From Sphagnum compactum (taxonomy: Eukaryota), in NCBI GenBank assembly GCA_965153455.1, contig OZ234493.1, forward strand, positions 12,948,213-13,012,212: a stretch of DNA of 64,000 nt, given 5' to 3'. Made by a program: the position numbers and the translations under genes. Every line of letters begins with the position of its first letter. Position 1 is the first letter of the stretch. The notes under the pieces were generated by a model. The model saw only the letters and a program-made list of their open reading frames with translations. It ran no database searches and was not told the origin of the DNA. Shown here piece after piece: positions 50,855 to 64,000 of the stretch.

Positions 50855-51200
50855 TCTATATGTACTTGGACTAAAAGAAAAATTTGTTGAGCATTGGAAA
50901 GTTAGCAAGTCAAGGTTACATTGTTTGATGCTAAAACAATGTCTTGTGATTCACAAGCAAGATCATTAAGTGGCAATTGGAGGCACACAAGACTGTTCTA
51001 ATGGTCTTTTATCGCTTTGAAATGAGAACTTTGATTGAATCACTGCAAGTCAATGGGGTTGATCATTTGTTGGATGGGAAGTTGTGGTGGCACCATGGGT
51101 TGGGCCACTTGAACTGTCAAGGCTTGAAGGTTTTGTTTGAAAATCAAAATTGCCACAATGTTACCAACAAACTTGTCAACAATCGAAGAGGTGTTTTGTT
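50855..51200 (+). mobile_element. Ty1/Copia protease to GAG-pre-integrase fragment
   Basis: LYVLGLKENLLSIGKLASQGY...CLVI followed by KLWWHHGLGHLNCQGLKVL (LWHxRLGH motif). Confidence 0.65.
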
Positions 51201-52601
51201 TTTTAATTAACTACAATTCAATGTACATCAATTCTTTGATGCGGTTTATCCATATTTCATATCAACTTTCATCCAACCTTGACAAAATAACAAATATGTA
51301 TAATTTATTGTACTTATAGGTGAAAGCATATTACATTGTTCATAAAATGTTGTTACAAAGCAATTTTTACAAGATTTTGAGATTTATAACTGGCAATGTG
51401 ATTAAATAGAAGTGATTAAGCTGATAAAATACTCAACAAGACAATGTTATATAAATTGTAATCACATTGTATGATTTTTTTGATTAATTTTTGAATTATC
51501 ATAACATAATAGACTTTTTAAGAAATATTCAAAAACCTCTAACAATTCATAATAAATGAATATGGATTTCATGCACTTTATTATAAATTTTTTATTGAAT
51601 AAAAAGTCAATGATAATATGATGTGATGACATTGATATTAAGGAAGACTTTTTGAAAGGATTTTGATGATGAAATTTTTCTATGTACTTTGAATTATGGT
51701 TTTTTTTCTCATTAGGTCCTTTCTTTATTGAAAGTAATAAATTAGAAGTTCATAGTTCATATTCAAGTTGTCCAAGGTAAACTAGGGTTGGAATTTTTTT
51801 ATAATGAATTTCAAATCATAATTTGCAAAATGATTTGTGTGACTCAAGGTATCTTGCCATCACACTATCCTTGTAGTGTTAATTTAGGCAATTATGGATT
51901 TCCATATGTGCTTAAAACAATTACACCTTAATGTGTTTTCACCCATATAACCAAGTATGTTATTGAATTAACTATAACCATAAAGTTAGGGTTTGAATGG
52001 CCTTTTAATCCATTAGTTTTTTTGTGAACCTTAAAATCACAATGTTCCTTAATTTGCCATTGTATGACAAAGTGAAAAAAACAAGGGCATTCTGACATTG
52101 TGACATATATGCAATATCTCTTTTTTATTAATAGTTGAAGATTTAAGTTGTGGGATCATTGATTTTGTCCTCAACATTACTTTCTATAATGCAAATACAA
52201 GTTTTTATTTCGCCTTCTATAACCTTGTGTTGTTGTTGCTAGAGTTTATAATGCAACACTGGTACAAACTATTTTTTTATGGTTGCATTTATTTGTTAAA
52301 ATTGTAGTTCTTATTGGCAACACTAACCTTGGGGGCTTTTGAAGAATGGAAACCACCTTTGAAACATTCACCATAAAAGAAACAATCTAGCACCTCCAAG
52401 GATGATAGAACTATAACATACTCCATAAATTTGATCTTCTTGACAACATGAAATTAATTCTTCTGACTTAATCCTTTGAACTTCTTTATTAAAAATTAAC
52501 ACTAACATTGCCCATTCTAATTGTGTACACATATTCTTGCGAATAGTATAAATGAGATAGGCACAAGAGAATTGATCAAATGCAACTTTATTGTAATATC
52601 A

Positions 52602-54200
52602 TTAATTCTGACATGTTTTAGCAGATGCCAATAAACATTGAACCATGTCCCAATTCCACATGGGATAGTGAATGAACTTTTTTGTTTGCCCACAATACAT
52701 TATGTTTTGTAAGATATGATACATGTGTTTACATTCCACCCATGCCTCACACCCACCCAAAGAAGCTGCCAACATGACAACAAAATATATGCATGAACAA
52801 CTTAAGTAATTTTCAACTATCACATCAAAACGTTTGTTGCCAAATAGTATGTTGTAGATTCGTCCATACCTTGAAAGCTAGACATCTACAAAAGGTAAGA
52901 CATCGATCATAGGGATGAATAATTTATCAACCTCGCAGTTGTTGGTGTGTTGTTGTGTTAATCTAAATGTTAAAACTATTTTCACCTTTTTGCAACAACA
53001 AGATGTAGGCCAATTGCTTGTATTTGCAAGCCTAAATAAATTTGTGTGCAAATAGAAGGCGCTTGGCAATTACTTGTAATAGAAGGCTCACCTCTAAATA
53101 GACTCCAAAGATACATTGTTCCTACATTCAGAGTCAAATAAAAACCCAACCTTTTCTAGAGATGATACGTCTTTCTAAATAAGGTTGACATTATGTTAAA
53201 CCAACATATAGTCGAAACTTGCAGCTTAGCAATGACAAACTTTCGTGTAAACCCACCCACACAATGGTTGAAATCATCAAGATAGAACTAGTGCTTGTGG
53301 TGCTCGAAAGCCCCAAATCAAAATTGAACCCAAAAAGCATAATAACATGGAGCTTAGCAATAACACATTTGTCACAAGTTTGGTAACATCCCCCAACATA
53401 TGGGCCTTCCTCAATAGGAGTTCATTCCTATCAAGACCATGTTCAGATGGACCTCCTCATAAATAATGTTGGTACAAGGTGGACTATTTAAAAGCTCAAA
53501 CATAGTCGTCGCATGTTGTTATGTACAAGGAGGTGCCATGTTTCCTTGACTGTTACAACCATATGTTATGCATAGTCTCAATAAGATTGCAAGTCAACAT
53601 GTTTACCCATTTGATGTTATTAAACTTCTACAAATACCATGAAGACAAAATTAAACCAAAAGTAGAGGGACATAGAGGATAGAAAAAAATCACTCTATTT
53701 AATGTGGGAAAAAAATTCTTACATGAGCCATGAACCCCAGCGCCTTAACTATTTGTCACAAAAATGCCATAAGCTAAGCCAATTACCAAGTTCATGAACT
53801 CCATATTCACATGTAATGCTAGACGAAAGCCACCAATAATGAATAGTTGCATATTGAATGTCCACCTCTTCTAAAGACTCAACATTTTTATATTTGTAGC
53901 AAAGGGCTTTGAATTGATCCTAAAGCTTGGGTTTGATTAGTTGTTTGGTATGGTCATCAAATGATTGAATCCAATGGAACAAACATGTTTGCTTTCTGTC
54001 AGCCATCCTGACACTTGCATCCCCAAAACCATAAACTATTATAACATTCCAATTTGCTTGGGCATTATCCACCCTACATCCATGAAGGTTCTTTTCTAGA
54101 ATGTAACTTTGGAATTACATGTAATTATGCAACATGGACCAACCAACATGAAACTTTAAAATATTCAACCTTTGGATTACAATTTTTATACAATTCATCG
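52602..54200 (-). pseudogene. MULE/Mutator-like transposase remnant with C-terminal SWIM zinc finger
   Basis: KQTCLFHWIQSF (CxxH, ~53990-53960); TCNLIETMHNIWL (catalytic-E region, ~53600-53560); CSCIYF...ECKHMYHIL (SWIM, 52800-52710). Stops present. Confidence 0.6.
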
Positions 54201-55619
54201 AATATCTCATGAAATTTTGAAAATTCTTTTCATCCAATTGTAAAATTAATTTCCATTAAATTTGATAAGAAGTTAAAGGTACTATGGACCACGATTCATT
54301 TTTGGAGAACATCGAAATTTTTTCATTTTAGTTATTGATGTTTTCAACTTGCCATAAGGTGTAGAACCATTATGCAATGTGGCAATGTTGGATTTGATGC
54401 AACCCACCTTTCAAGGTCATGTAACTAAGTTTTCAATTCTTTATTTTATGATTTAAAATGTTGATAACAAATTCAAAACCAAGCAAGCAAATGACAATTG
54501 TCATATCAATTGGTTGCTGTAAACCAATTGAACTATACGAAGCTACAAAAGTCATAATCAAATTTCCCCTTTCATTGAATACATCATCCTACAATATAAT
54601 ATTAATCGAAATTTTCATAGTTTCAAAAAAATTCAAATTTTCATGGTTATAGAAATCCCAAATTTATAACCATAAAATTTGGAGGCTATTGATTTTAATG
54701 TAATGGTATGAAAGTTTTGTTTGTATTTACTATGATAATATATGGGCAATGGTTTCTCTTTTCTTAAACTTGATTTCTTAATGAAAAAAAATTGAACATG
54801 TTTTTACTTGTATGTTAGCAAAATATTAAGTGGGGACAAAAACCATCTATTACAATTGTACATTGGACTCACAATGGTGACCATTGAGGACCTTTTTCTT
54901 CTTCTTTTTAAAATACATAACAATCTAAACCTTCCTCATTATCAAATAAGAGAAAATACTCTTCACATATTTAAAGACTTGGAGATATTTAAATACAAAC
55001 ATACAATCATCATATTAAAACATAATATAACTAAAATTCACACAAATAAATGGAAATGTGACAAGTAATTGGGTTTGTCGTAATGATTACTTACCATAAC
55101 ATTCTAAAAGTGACTTCATCAACTCCTATCTATTGGTTTTTTTTTTTGTGCTACTTTCTCACTATTGAAGTTTATAACCCACAAAATATCAAACCCACCC
55201 ATGATTAACTCCTTAGAATTTTTTTGGAATATTTTCCCAAATAATTACAAAAATAATGGTGATACTTAAACAACCCATGCAAGGTAGCAATATGTATAAA
55301 CAAACATACACTAATCTATGTACAACCAACAAGCTTAAAAACTAATAACTAATTAGCAAATATTTGCATGGTTACCTTAATTGCATGTAACTCCTTAAGG
55401 TTAAACACCAAAATAAGATCTATCACATGTAATTTTTGAAAGTAAAATACTAATACCCTCCTTTATATTCATTAATCTCTTATGATCCTACTTGAACATC
55501 AATAAAAATATCGGTGAACACATGTGTGTTTTGATGGCAGCCTTGTGATCCTCTTTCATTGGATAGAAAGGTAGCCTTGCTTAATTCTCCTATCTATTTG
55601 ACATTTATTTAAATTTAGA

Positions 55620-56690
55620 GAAGATTTGAATTCCCATATTTTCTCTAAAACACAAAAACTTATTTTAGCCTAGAGTAATTTTGTTAAAATGTCAGTTATT
55701 TGATCATTTCTGGCCACATAATTTAATTTAATTTCTTTTGAAATATTTTGTTTTCTACCGTAATGGTAACATACCTTAACATATTTGGTGCAAATGTGAT
55801 AAATCGGGTTCTTCACAATCTGCATAAAACTTTGGTTGTCAACATATAATGAAGTAGGTAGTTGAAACACATTAAGTTCTGTAAGGAACATTCTTATCCA
55901 TGTTGCCTCTTTAGCATCCTTAAATGTTGTTTGATATTTCACTATAGTTGAATGCAATAATTGGTTATTTTCTAAACACCAAGTTATGAGGCTTCTTCCA
56001 AGCTTGAATAGATAACCTGATGTAAATTTCAATCATCATTATCACCAACCCAATCTACATCAATAAACCTTTGAACTTCATTTTCATCCCCATGTTAGTA
56101 AAAGATACCATAATCCTAAATACCTTTAAGACACTTCAAAATATGATGGGCCTTTTCCAAATGTGTATTTTTGGGCATGTTCATATATTTGCCAAATATC
56201 CTCATTGAGTAAGTGAGATTAAGATGACAGTTAGTAAGGTAAACCAACTTGCTAATTTAGCGATACAAGATCGAATTAACATCTTCCTATATTCATCCTT
56301 TCCAAACTTGGCATTTTCTAAAAGGGGTGTGGGCACTAGGTTATGATTGGTCATCTAAAATTAGTCAAAAATGTTTGCAACATAAGCATGTTGACACATA
56401 AGTATGCATGTTGATAAATACAAAAATTCTACACCTACAAAAAGCTTTAAAAGTCCACGCTCAATCATTTCAAATTGAAAAAGTAATTCATTTCTCAACC
56501 AATGAATTTTCTTGATGTGGTTTTTTGTAATTAGAAGATCATCCGCATAAAGCACCGTGATGAACATTTTTCATCTTCAAGTAAATATTACAAGTTGTGA
56601 TCAACATCATTTTTGGTCAAGCCCTGGTTTTGCATGTATTAGTTCATTTTCTTGTACCAAGCTTTTGTAAATTGTATAAGGCTTTATATT
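55620..56690 (-). mobile_element. Ty1/Copia reverse transcriptase - RNase H remnant
   Basis: KALYNLQK, VLYADDLLIT (YxDD), FEMIERGLLKLFVGVE, TSGYLFKLG...ITW, LYVDNQS...NPIYH..TKYVKVCYH, QITDILTKLL. Degenerate. Confidence 0.85.
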
Positions 56691-57299
56691 GTGCATTAAT
56701 TTTTTATTTTCAATTAGTTTTTGTCTATTTGTTTGAAATGCAAATATGTTCAAAATCTATTTTTTATAACGAAAGATTTGTGTAAAGTATGTGGTAAATA
56801 GGTTTTAACAAATATATTTTTTAGTTTTTTACTATAATCACACTTCAAGGATATAATGATATTTATATCCACAAAAGCAAAAGAAAAACTACATTTTAAA
56901 AGTAAACAAAGAATATCCCCATTTACAAATTTACCACCCAACAAGGGAGGGTATTTTTGGTTTATTTTGAAAATTCATTTCCTCCTAGTTTTTTGGAAGT
57001 AAATTCTTATAGTAATAATAGAGGTGCAAAAAAGTTTTCAATTATATTTCCACCCAGTTTTATGCTACTTGTTCACTTTTATATGCATAATATAATGTAA
57101 AGTTAACAACATTCACTTTTTGTGGCTACTTTACCATGCTTCTACCCACTTATAAAAGAACTCATTTCAGTAGATGAAATAACACCTTTGTACTTATGAC
57201 ATAAACATAATGAGGTGATGGAAATAGTAACCTATTGCAATAGCTCCAAGGTATGAAAATGACATAAAATGGATCTTTGAATGTCAAAAACATCTTTTA

Positions 57300-58560
57300 A
57301 AAGCTTAAAATAATTTTTTTTTCATTTAGTTGTTCAAAGGATGGTAGCAATGTTGGTCAATTTGTCCCGCACATGCCCAAGGCCTTCTTGACTTTAGATT
57401 TTTCCTATTATGCCCACATGAAAAAACCCTTGACTCTTGATTGCAATATTTTTAGGGGAATGACCAATGCCCTACTTGCCATATTTTTTAGAACATTTCC
57501 ACAATAAAACTTGGTTTCACTAGGCTTATTGCTCCTCAAGTAGAGATTAACTAAACTCACATACACCGTAGTTACCAATGCATGACTCTCAACTTTCAAC
57601 ACCTTGAATCCTATGAGTGATTTTTGATAATTAGAATTGCTTTTGCATTATGACCTAGTGCAAGTTGTTCATTTCCAGTGCTTGAATGTATTATTGCCAC
57701 CTCAACTTGCTTCCACTAGATTAATGCTAAGAGTTGGTAGTCAACAACTTCCTCTGGACTACTTAGTTTACTTCATTCTCAATGGATGGTAAAAACATGT
57801 TAACACAAATTTTCAACTTTTTAGAACTCCATTGCTTGCATGGATGATCACCACCACATAATAACCCTTTACTTGAATACCCCTTGTTGATTTCTTACAT
57901 TTTCCAAAGTTTGTTTTATGATCCTAAGAGAAGAAATATCTTGATATCCTTTCATGGCAAATGCCTTGGAGTGATCAACACAAAAACAATCCACAAAAAT
58001 TGAAAATAGACAATGTTGGGCTTGTTATAAGTAGTGCATTTTATTCCACACAACAACAACAATAACAAATAAACTATTCCTTGGCCTTTTAGACATATTC
58101 AATTTTGGCAAATTGACAACCATTCAACCATGAGGATATTACTTGGATAAGGTTTTTCTCAACCTTTCACAATTCTTCATCAAGGAAGCATCATCAATAA
58201 GAAGCCTAATTGTAGGAAAGTTTAGTTTGGAACATGCTTATGGCAATCTTTTTGCCATGACCTTAAGTGAAGTTTGCCAAACTCTTTTTTTGTGCCATTG
58301 GAGCTAACTCACATTCCATTCACAATTGTATTTCTTGTTCAATCTGAACTCCTTCAAACCTTGATTAAAGCTTTATGAATTACACATGAGATCCATCTCT
58401 ATTATTGTAATAACTAGACAAGCACATTGTGTGCAATTAATCTCTAGCAAACACGACTAATAGTTGCACAATTGTAAAAACTTGTATTGCATTGTGTTAA
58501 ACCTTAATTTTTTGCCTTGCCCTACCATTTTTGTGTATAATTATTGAGTGAACAATGTTT
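57300..58560 (-). pseudogene. hAT transposase remnant (C-terminal part)
   Basis: LKNMASRALVIPL...RVKGFF resembles the hAT dimerisation motif (LAxxxLxIPxSxxxxERxFS). Upstream sequence is heavily decayed. Confidence 0.35.
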
Positions 58561-58659
58561 GGAATTATTTTAATGATGGCCATTAATGGACTTTATACAT
58601 GGTTCACCTAATCTAATTCTAACTTGGGCTTCGCATTATCACACAATACCAATGATGAT

Positions 58660-58970
58660 GGATTGATGAAAAAGATGAATTGATTTTGTAGAAATTAAAT
58701 TCCATTTAAATGATTTAATATTGATTGAATTTGAGTAACGTAACTTGAATAGAATGTAATTCAATTGAATTTGAATTAAATTTAAATTCCTAAATTGAAT
58801 TGAACACAATATGATTTTTCTGGGGATTCAACACGGTTAGAGTTTCCATTGAACTAAATCAAATTAAATAAAAATTGGTTGAATTCAAATTGGTTTCAAT
58901 TGAATTCTTTTCATAAGTTTGCTAAATTGAGTTTAACTAAATTATGAAAATTCAATTATGAGAATACACA
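58660..58970. repeat. AATTGAATT/AATTCAATT-rich low-complexity repeat
   Basis: Repeated TTGAATT and AATTCAA motifs in both orientations. Confidence 0.5.
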
Positions 58971-59990
58971 TGTTAATTTGCTTTTTCGTATCCATGTAGG
59001 TGAGTTAATAGTTATAAAATGTTTTAGTAATTGTCAAATGGACAACTTCTAGAATTGTCACGACCACGATCACTAATGGACCCTATACATGTTTACCTAA
59101 ACAGGTCCAATTAAATCGACAATATGTTTATATCCTCACTAAAATAATTAAATCTAGTCCAAATTTAGGGTTATGGTTTCACTCTTGCATAATCTCAAAA
59201 TATCTTATGAAGTAGATCAAAAAATCATGAACAAAAAACCCACATAGAAAAACAAAAGTCCTAATATCTAAACAACCAATATGTCAAACCTTAAAAATTC
59301 TAAATTCAAGTGTCAAAATGACCTTACAATCTAAAATTAATTGATCTTGATTTGGCACTTGCTTGGCGAAACTAACCAACCCCCTTCCTTTCAAACCCTA
59401 AACCCTAAACCACACAACATTTCTCAAAATATGGGAGCAAATGACAAATGCCTTGTTTTACATCATGTCAATAGATTCTCTACAAATGGGTTAAAATAGG
59501 TAGTCAAAAATATAGTTTTGGTGAAAAATTATAAATTAAAAATGAGCAATGTTTTCAATTGTCACAATTAAATTTTTAAAAAATAAAAAATTACCAGATT
59601 TCTATACATGGTTCAAGTAGGTAGTCAAAAATAAAGAAGGATGATTAAAAGATTTTGTTCTTCATATGTGGTTATGGTATATACCAAAATTTGGCTATAC
59701 CAGAATTTGGCTAAATCTTCTTCCTAAGGCTGATCAACACTTTTTTCTACAATCTTTCTTCCTATGCACAATAGCCACTTTGGGTTGCAAACAAAACAAA
59801 AAATTCCTGAGAAAAAAAAAAAAAAAAACACTGGGATTCCTTCCAAGAATAGAAGTAATAACTTTCTTGTTGTAGGAATTGCTTCTTGTTCACTCTACCA
59901 TTTCTATATTCTAGTCTTGTTGCTGTTTTGGCAAGAGCATCTGATGAGTAGATTGTAGATAAGTCCACAAAAGCCAAAACCAACAGTAGC

Positions 59991-60105
59991 TATGATGATG
60001 ATGATGATGATGATGATGGTGGTTGTGGTGGTGAAGATGATCTTCTCTTATGATGGTGATGATGATCTTCTCTTATGATGATGATGGTGGTGGTGGTGGA
60101 GATGA
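59991..60105. repeat. Compound (GAT)n/(GGT)n microsatellite
   Basis: (GAT)8 followed by GGT runs, and a duplicated GATGATCTTCTCTTATGATG. Confidence 0.85.
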
Positions 60106-61151
60106 TTCCTTAACACACAAAATGGGTTGTTTGTGAGCTCAATGAGTAGAGAGGGTGTGGAGAGTTGGGAGATGAGGAGCATTGAGAAAAAGATCCATTA
60201 ACCATTTTGGGTCCCATTTGCCTTTCACCCATTCCTTACATGGCAACAAAGAGGACTATAGTAGCAGCTTAGCTTTCTTTAGTGTTCTTATTTTTCTTCC
60301 TTTTTTCTATTTATCTTGTTGACTACAATTTGTATATGTTTTTTGTGGTGGGATGTTTGCTCAGTACTTGTTGGGTCTCTAAATATAACTATTGGTCTAG
60401 TGCTCACTCTTAAGGTACTAACTGATGAGGTAATTGGGTTGCTGCTGTTCATCATGCAGCTCTCATCTTAATCCTAAACACAAAATCCTCGACATGGATT
60501 TTGTGTGACTGTTTTTCTGTTTTGGGTTCTTGAACAAAAGGGGTGGTGTTTTGTGTTAATGATCAGAATTCAGCGGGGTGTTGGTTTGGGTGGTGGTTTT
60601 TTGAGGGAGAATTTGGTTCTTGTATACTAGGAGTCGGCATTCTTCTGTGTACATACAGTGAAAAACCCCGTCACAGACCTTACGATCAGGTTGTGAAATC
60701 CAATTCTTGCGGGCAATTTTTTTTTATCACCTCAATTGCTTTGAAAAGAGTTTCTCAATTCGCATGAATTGCACCATGAAAGCCTACCGCCCATTTCTCA
60801 AATTTGCATGCAATTATGATGTCTGGATATGAGCTGCACATAGTTGCATTTATTTAGGGTTTGAATTTGCAGGTGTTCCTCCTGTCTGTGGATTCATCTG
60901 CTGCTGAGGAATTCAGATATCCTCAAGCGTGGCAGATGTTGTTTTGCCATTACTAGGGTTATGTATTGTGTGGATCAATTTTGTACAGAATTGTACAATT
61001 GGACCTTGATTTCTGTTCAGGAGTGACCAAATGAAAATCTCACTCCCCCACACATGAGAGCTGCACTTGTTGGGTGTGGAAATCTCTTTCTTAATATATT
61101 AGTTTAGTGTTTTTTATGTACATGCTTCTGTGTTTATCAAGCTCAGAAACA

Positions 61152-64000
61152 ATGGGTTACATAGGCAAGATTCAGTTTTTTGGGGTGATGTTGTTTGTAC
61201 ATTGTGGGTATCTGTTGCTGGCAATGAGCAAACAAGTGTCAGCAGGGAAGCCCTTCAATGTCTCCTTTGACCACAGGGCTTTGATCATTGATGGCAGCCG
61301 TCGCATGCTCATTTCTGCTGGCATCCATTACCCTCGTGCAGCTCCTGAGGTACATACTGTTCCCATGCTGTTTTATCTATTGAGGTAATTTCTCTGCTCA
61401 AAATCCTTGAGGTTAAGTATCCCACAAGATTTGAGGGTCATCTCTGCTTCAGATAGAGATCACTTTAGTTAATTTCCTCAAACATAATTCAAAAAAAAAA
61501 TCTGGTTGTTTGACAGATGTGGCCAGATATATTAGCCAAGGCCAAGGAAGGTGGAGCAGATGTGGTGCAAACTTATGTGTTTTGGGATGGACATGAGCCG
61601 CAACCAGGCATGGTACAAAAACCACCCCTCCTCTTCTTTTGTTTCATTGCTGTGCCATGCAGTCACATTTTACCCTGAATAAAAAAGTCTAATTCACAGA
61701 AAGAATGGTCATTGCTGTACCAAGCCAATTTTGAGGTCAACTCATGGTGCACTTTGATGGGTATGCAGTATAATTTCAATGGGCGATACGATTTACCGAA
61801 GTTTGTAAAGCTGGTGGCAGAAGCTGGCATGTACCTCCATCTTCGAATTGGGCCTTACGTGTGTGCAGAGTGGAATTTCGGGTTTGCACTTGTTTATCAG
61901 AACCCAACCCCTTGACCCTACTACCTCTTTGTTTATTGGGTTTAGTCTGCTGTTATCCAGCTGTTATCTCATGTCATGAGATATGACTCCTTCCCCCTCC
62001 CTTATCACCGAATCTGCCAATCCACTTTCTCTGTTGTGGAACAGAAAGAGTTGTGCTACACAAAGGTTTTAGCATTTGTTTGTTTGCAAAATGTTTGGGT
62101 ACAGGGGATTTCCAGTGTGGTTGCGGGATGTTCCAGGAATTGTGTTTCGCACTGACAATGAACCATTTAAGGTGATCATGGAATCCTGGAATATCACCCT
62201 GTTTTCAAATACAGATCACAGGTCTGTGCTATAAAACAATGACAAAAAAAATGCAGATAAGTATATCTGATCATTGCATGAGATACACCTTTAAGGTGCA
62301 ACGTCTTCCTGGGTCTAACCTTTGTAGATCAGATCTTGATTTTGTGGGTACCTGTCAATGTTGTGGATTGTAGGAGAAAATGGAGGGTTTTGTTAGGAAG
62401 ATTGTCAACCTGATGAAGGCAAATGAACTTTTCGCATGGCAAGGTGGCCCTATCATCTTAGCTCAGGTTTTCTTGCTGAGGCACCTGGTGTCACTTTGAT
62501 TCATGCTTTTACTGTTTGTTGTTAGAATGTGGTGATATCTTGTGTTTAGGCTTTCCTCCTGTGTTTTGCAAACTGTAAGCTTGTGCAGGGTTCTCCATCT
62601 GTCTGGCAATTCTAGATACTTGTATGGCAATTCAACAATTGTTCTCAAGAAATACAGGCCCAATACATCACAGAATCTCATAGCCAAGTTGTAAAACCCT
62701 GAACCCTGAACTGCGACCTGGCATTGGATCATGGCCCCTGTGGCAGATTGAGAATGAATACGGGAATGTAGAATGGGAGTTTGGGGATGGAGGTCGTCGC
62801 TATGTACAATGGGCAGCAAACATGGCACTAGGACTCAATGCAGGTGTGCCCTGGGTCATGTGCCAGCAGAATGATGCACCTTCCAACATTGTAAGATGCT
62901 CCATTTCCTTTGGTGTCTCAAAACTGCCATGCTGGTGAAAAGAATTTTGAGTAGTGAAAGCAGAATCTGGATGTACTTGCAGACCTGTTGAGATCAGAAA
63001 AAGACTAGAGATCAATCAAATTGACCATGCTGTCCATGATTGTGTTGTGTTTGCATGGGTTGTGCAGATCAATACTTGCAATGGTTATTACTGTGATGGG
63101 TGGAAGCCAAACTCTCCTAACAAACCCGTGTTTTGGACTGAGGACTGGAATGGCTGGTATGTTTATATGAACCTCATCATTGAACTCTTTCAGCAGGTTG
63201 GCCATCTCTGTTCTCTCTCTCCCCCTGCTTCGACTCTCTCCACCCCCTTAGATGGGTGAGTGTCTGTTTGCCACTGGATTTTCAGGTTTCAAGACTATGG
63301 ACATGCTATGCCACATAGGCCTGTGGAGGACAATGCATTTGCTGTGGCACGGTTTTTCCAGCGAGGTGGAAGCTTCCAGAACTACTATATGGTATGTGTC
63401 AAGGACATAATTACAGGACATCTTTTATGCAAAACAGAAGAAATGTCTGAACATAATCAAAGCTTGTCCAACTAGGTGAATACTCAAGGAAAAAACACAC
63501 AGCTATAATTGGGGATTTTGAAAAGACAACAGGTGTTTCTTTCTTGTATGACACCAAGATGCATGCATGGCTATGATCGGCAGTACTTTGGAGGCACCAA
63601 CTTTGCTCGAACATCAGGCGGACCTTTCATTACCACATCATATGACTATGATGCTCCGATTGATGAATATGGTGTGTATCTCTCAAGTGCATCATGCAAA
63701 TTATGGTCTAGCTTCTTACAATGAGTTATAGCTTAGTTGATGTTCAGGTTCTGTTTTTTGCAAGTTTTCATCTTCGTCTGTGCGCTGATTTCTACAGATT
63801 GTGAGTGTGGGTGGCAAGCATTCTGCACTCTTTTGCTTGTACAAATGCAGTAGTACATGAAGAAGAAGAGAGCACACTAATTATCAGGTATGCCAAGGAC
63901 AAGCGATGCACTTGACGATTGTACACAATTAAATGTTTGGTTACAGGTCTGATACGGCAACCCAAGTGGGGCCACCTGAAAGAACTTCATGCAGCAATCA
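61152..64000 (+). CDS. BGAL: Glycoside hydrolase family 35 beta-galactosidase (BGAL9-like), 5' part; continues beyond window
   Basis: Exons 61152-61349, 61517-61612, 61769-61881, 62105-62171, 62374-62466, 62747-62890, 63068-63156, 63286-63391, 63584-63671, 63947->64000. Motifs: signal peptide, [78 protein letters not shown]. Confidence 0.96.

Noticed and set aside
59392-59411. AAACCCT repeats here and at 43406-43420 as interstitial telomere
   Set aside because: Only 2-3 units, which is common in plant repeats and promoters.

Overview
AT-rich land-plant nuclear DNA with spliceosomal introns and heavy TE decay. The repeat landscape suggests a moss such as Sphagnum, but that is inference. Host genes: a cardiolipin synthase (- strand, 8 exons) head-to-head with VPS25 (+, 6 exons); a tandem pair of 11-exon genes at ~37.5-41.6 kb and ~46.0-50.2 kb; and the 5' part of a GH35 beta-galactosidase that runs off the window end. 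Two observations stand out. (1) The tandem genes look like the N-terminal helical scaffold of USP9/USP24 (Fat facets) deubiquitinases, but they lack the USP catalytic domain. Copy 1 instead ends in a C3HC4 RING finger, and copy 2 has lost that RING through a single 86-bp deletion while every other exon stays intact. (2) A ~12-kb decayed Helentron/HLE2-type rolling-circle element carries an RPA1-like gene followed by an OTU protease - DUF6570 - HUH Rep - PIF1 helicase - AP endonuclease polyprotein. It is interrupted by a non-autonomous CACTA element, which contains a tRNA-like segment and a decamer satellite, and by a GGG...CCC MITE with a 4-bp TSD. Also present: hAT, PIF/Harbinger, MULE and Copia remnants, a pogo-type MITE and several tandem arrays. 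All homology calls come from motif recognition by eye and from memory; no database searches were run.
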